From the NCBI RefSeq assembly GCF_002571385.2, contig NW_019217795.1, forward strand, positions 462,767 through 526,766: DNA of 64,000 nucleotides, given 5' to 3'. Both the position numbers and the translations under genes were made by a program. Numbering within the stretch: position 1 is the first letter of the stretch; every line of letters begins with the position of its first letter. Positions 63,993 through 64,000 of the stretch are shown one piece after another. The stretch is from Stylophora pistillata (lineage: Eukaryota). Below the pieces are notes generated by a model. It was given only the letters and a program-made list of their open reading frames with translations. It did not search any database and was not told the origin of the DNA.

Positions 63993-64000
63993 CAAATTTA

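Overview
AT-rich, intron-rich animal genomic DNA. Gene set and repeat style suggest a cnidarian, probably a scleractinian coral (inference). Eight host genes were reconstructed by hand with phase-consistent splice sites: a two-PDZ STXBP4/Synip-like gene (-, runs off the left edge), an MFSD8-like MFS transporter (-), an MGA-like bHLH-ZIP factor (+), a C8orf48/DUF4606-like gene (-), a PAR-family bZIP (+), KLHL5-like (-), MMAA (+) and ILK (+). Six of them form three head-to-head pairs. The rest is SINEs, MITEs, LINE remnants and a decayed ORF at the right edge. Main finding: an in-frame UGA (916-918, minus strand) inside an otherwise intact STXBP4-like exon, in UGA-C context and followed directly by an extended GC-rich stem-loop, with STXBP4-like sequence and a canonical donor continuing in frame. 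This is a candidate programmed stop-codon readthrough switch. Other findings include a SINE family whose 3' tails change at a G-quadruplex-like junction, hammerhead-like motifs, E-box and D-box-like clusters, and uORFs. Family assignments rest on motif recognition from memory; no searches or folding were run.
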